The notes under the pieces were generated by a model. The model saw only the letters and a list, made by a program, of their open reading frames with translations, did no database searches and had not been told where the DNA came from. A DNA stretch of 64,000 bases from Raja brachyura (taxonomy: Eukaryota): NCBI GenBank assembly GCA_963514005.1, contig OY740801.1, positions 38,440,001 through 38,504,000 on the forward strand, read 5' to 3'. Positions 63,677-64,000 of this stretch are shown piece by piece. Position 1 is the stretch's first letter; each line of letters begins with the position of its first letter. The translations under genes were made by a program, and so were the position numbers.

Positions 63677-63792
63677 GAACCTTGCTGTGTGTTCTTAGCT
63701 TTGTGTCGGCCATCATCGTTGGCATCCTGGATGTGAATGGAGTAAAACAGCTGGGACTAGATGGAGTCCTTCAGCAGGAATCCAAGAAAGTG
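63677..63792 (+). CDS. MFSD1-like transporter exon 7 (GTLLCVLSFVSAIIVGILDVNGVKQLGLDGVLQQESKKV); gene continues beyond the window
   Basis: TM6 plus the central loop. Sites tctcag| and |gtaggt; in phase with exon 6. Confidence 0.88.
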
Positions 63793-64000
63793 GTAGGTAG
63801 ATTCATGGACATGGTATTTAATCTTCCATAAACTATTGCTTCTGGATTCAGAATTGATTATCTGTTATCGCCAGTCATTGTGGAGAGTAATCCTTGGTCT
63901 CTGAAGTAGATCTCTGGGAGTTGGGATTCATAAAATCAGCTTACAATACTTTGGCTAAATGGGACTTACTCCGTCTTCACCCCCCCACTCACCCACAACC

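Overview
Eukaryotic (vertebrate) genomic DNA, most likely from a cartilaginous fish such as a skate or ray. This is inferred from HE1/V-SINE-like SINEs, CR1 LINEs and Penelope-derived repeats. Two spliced host genes lie head-to-head. The first is a complete 4-exon SUMO2/3-type gene on the minus strand (CDS 24855->9275, 100 aa, ending QQQTGG-IC). The second is the first 7 coding exons of an MFSD1-like MFS transporter on the plus strand (from 42142, running off the window). Most of the rest is nested mobile DNA: a full-length degenerate DIRS tyrosine-recombinase retrotransposon with intact ITR/ICR architecture, two Tc1 copies, a divergent hAT-like transposase remnant, Harbinger-type elements, CR1, L1, Rex1/L2 and HERO-like pieces, and many Penelope pseudo-LTR copies carrying minimal hammerhead-ribozyme motifs. 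Notable observations are: young fold-back elements whose inversion point lies in the ribozyme core; a duplicated, CpG-decayed copy of the SUMO promoter; a GC-box array in the SUMO-proximal promoter; a possibly ancestral bidirectional promoter split by about 16 kb of TEs; and a glycosylated-loop MFSD1 paralog. Most ORFs in the supplied track are spurious or TE-derived. All family assignments are by eye, without database searches.
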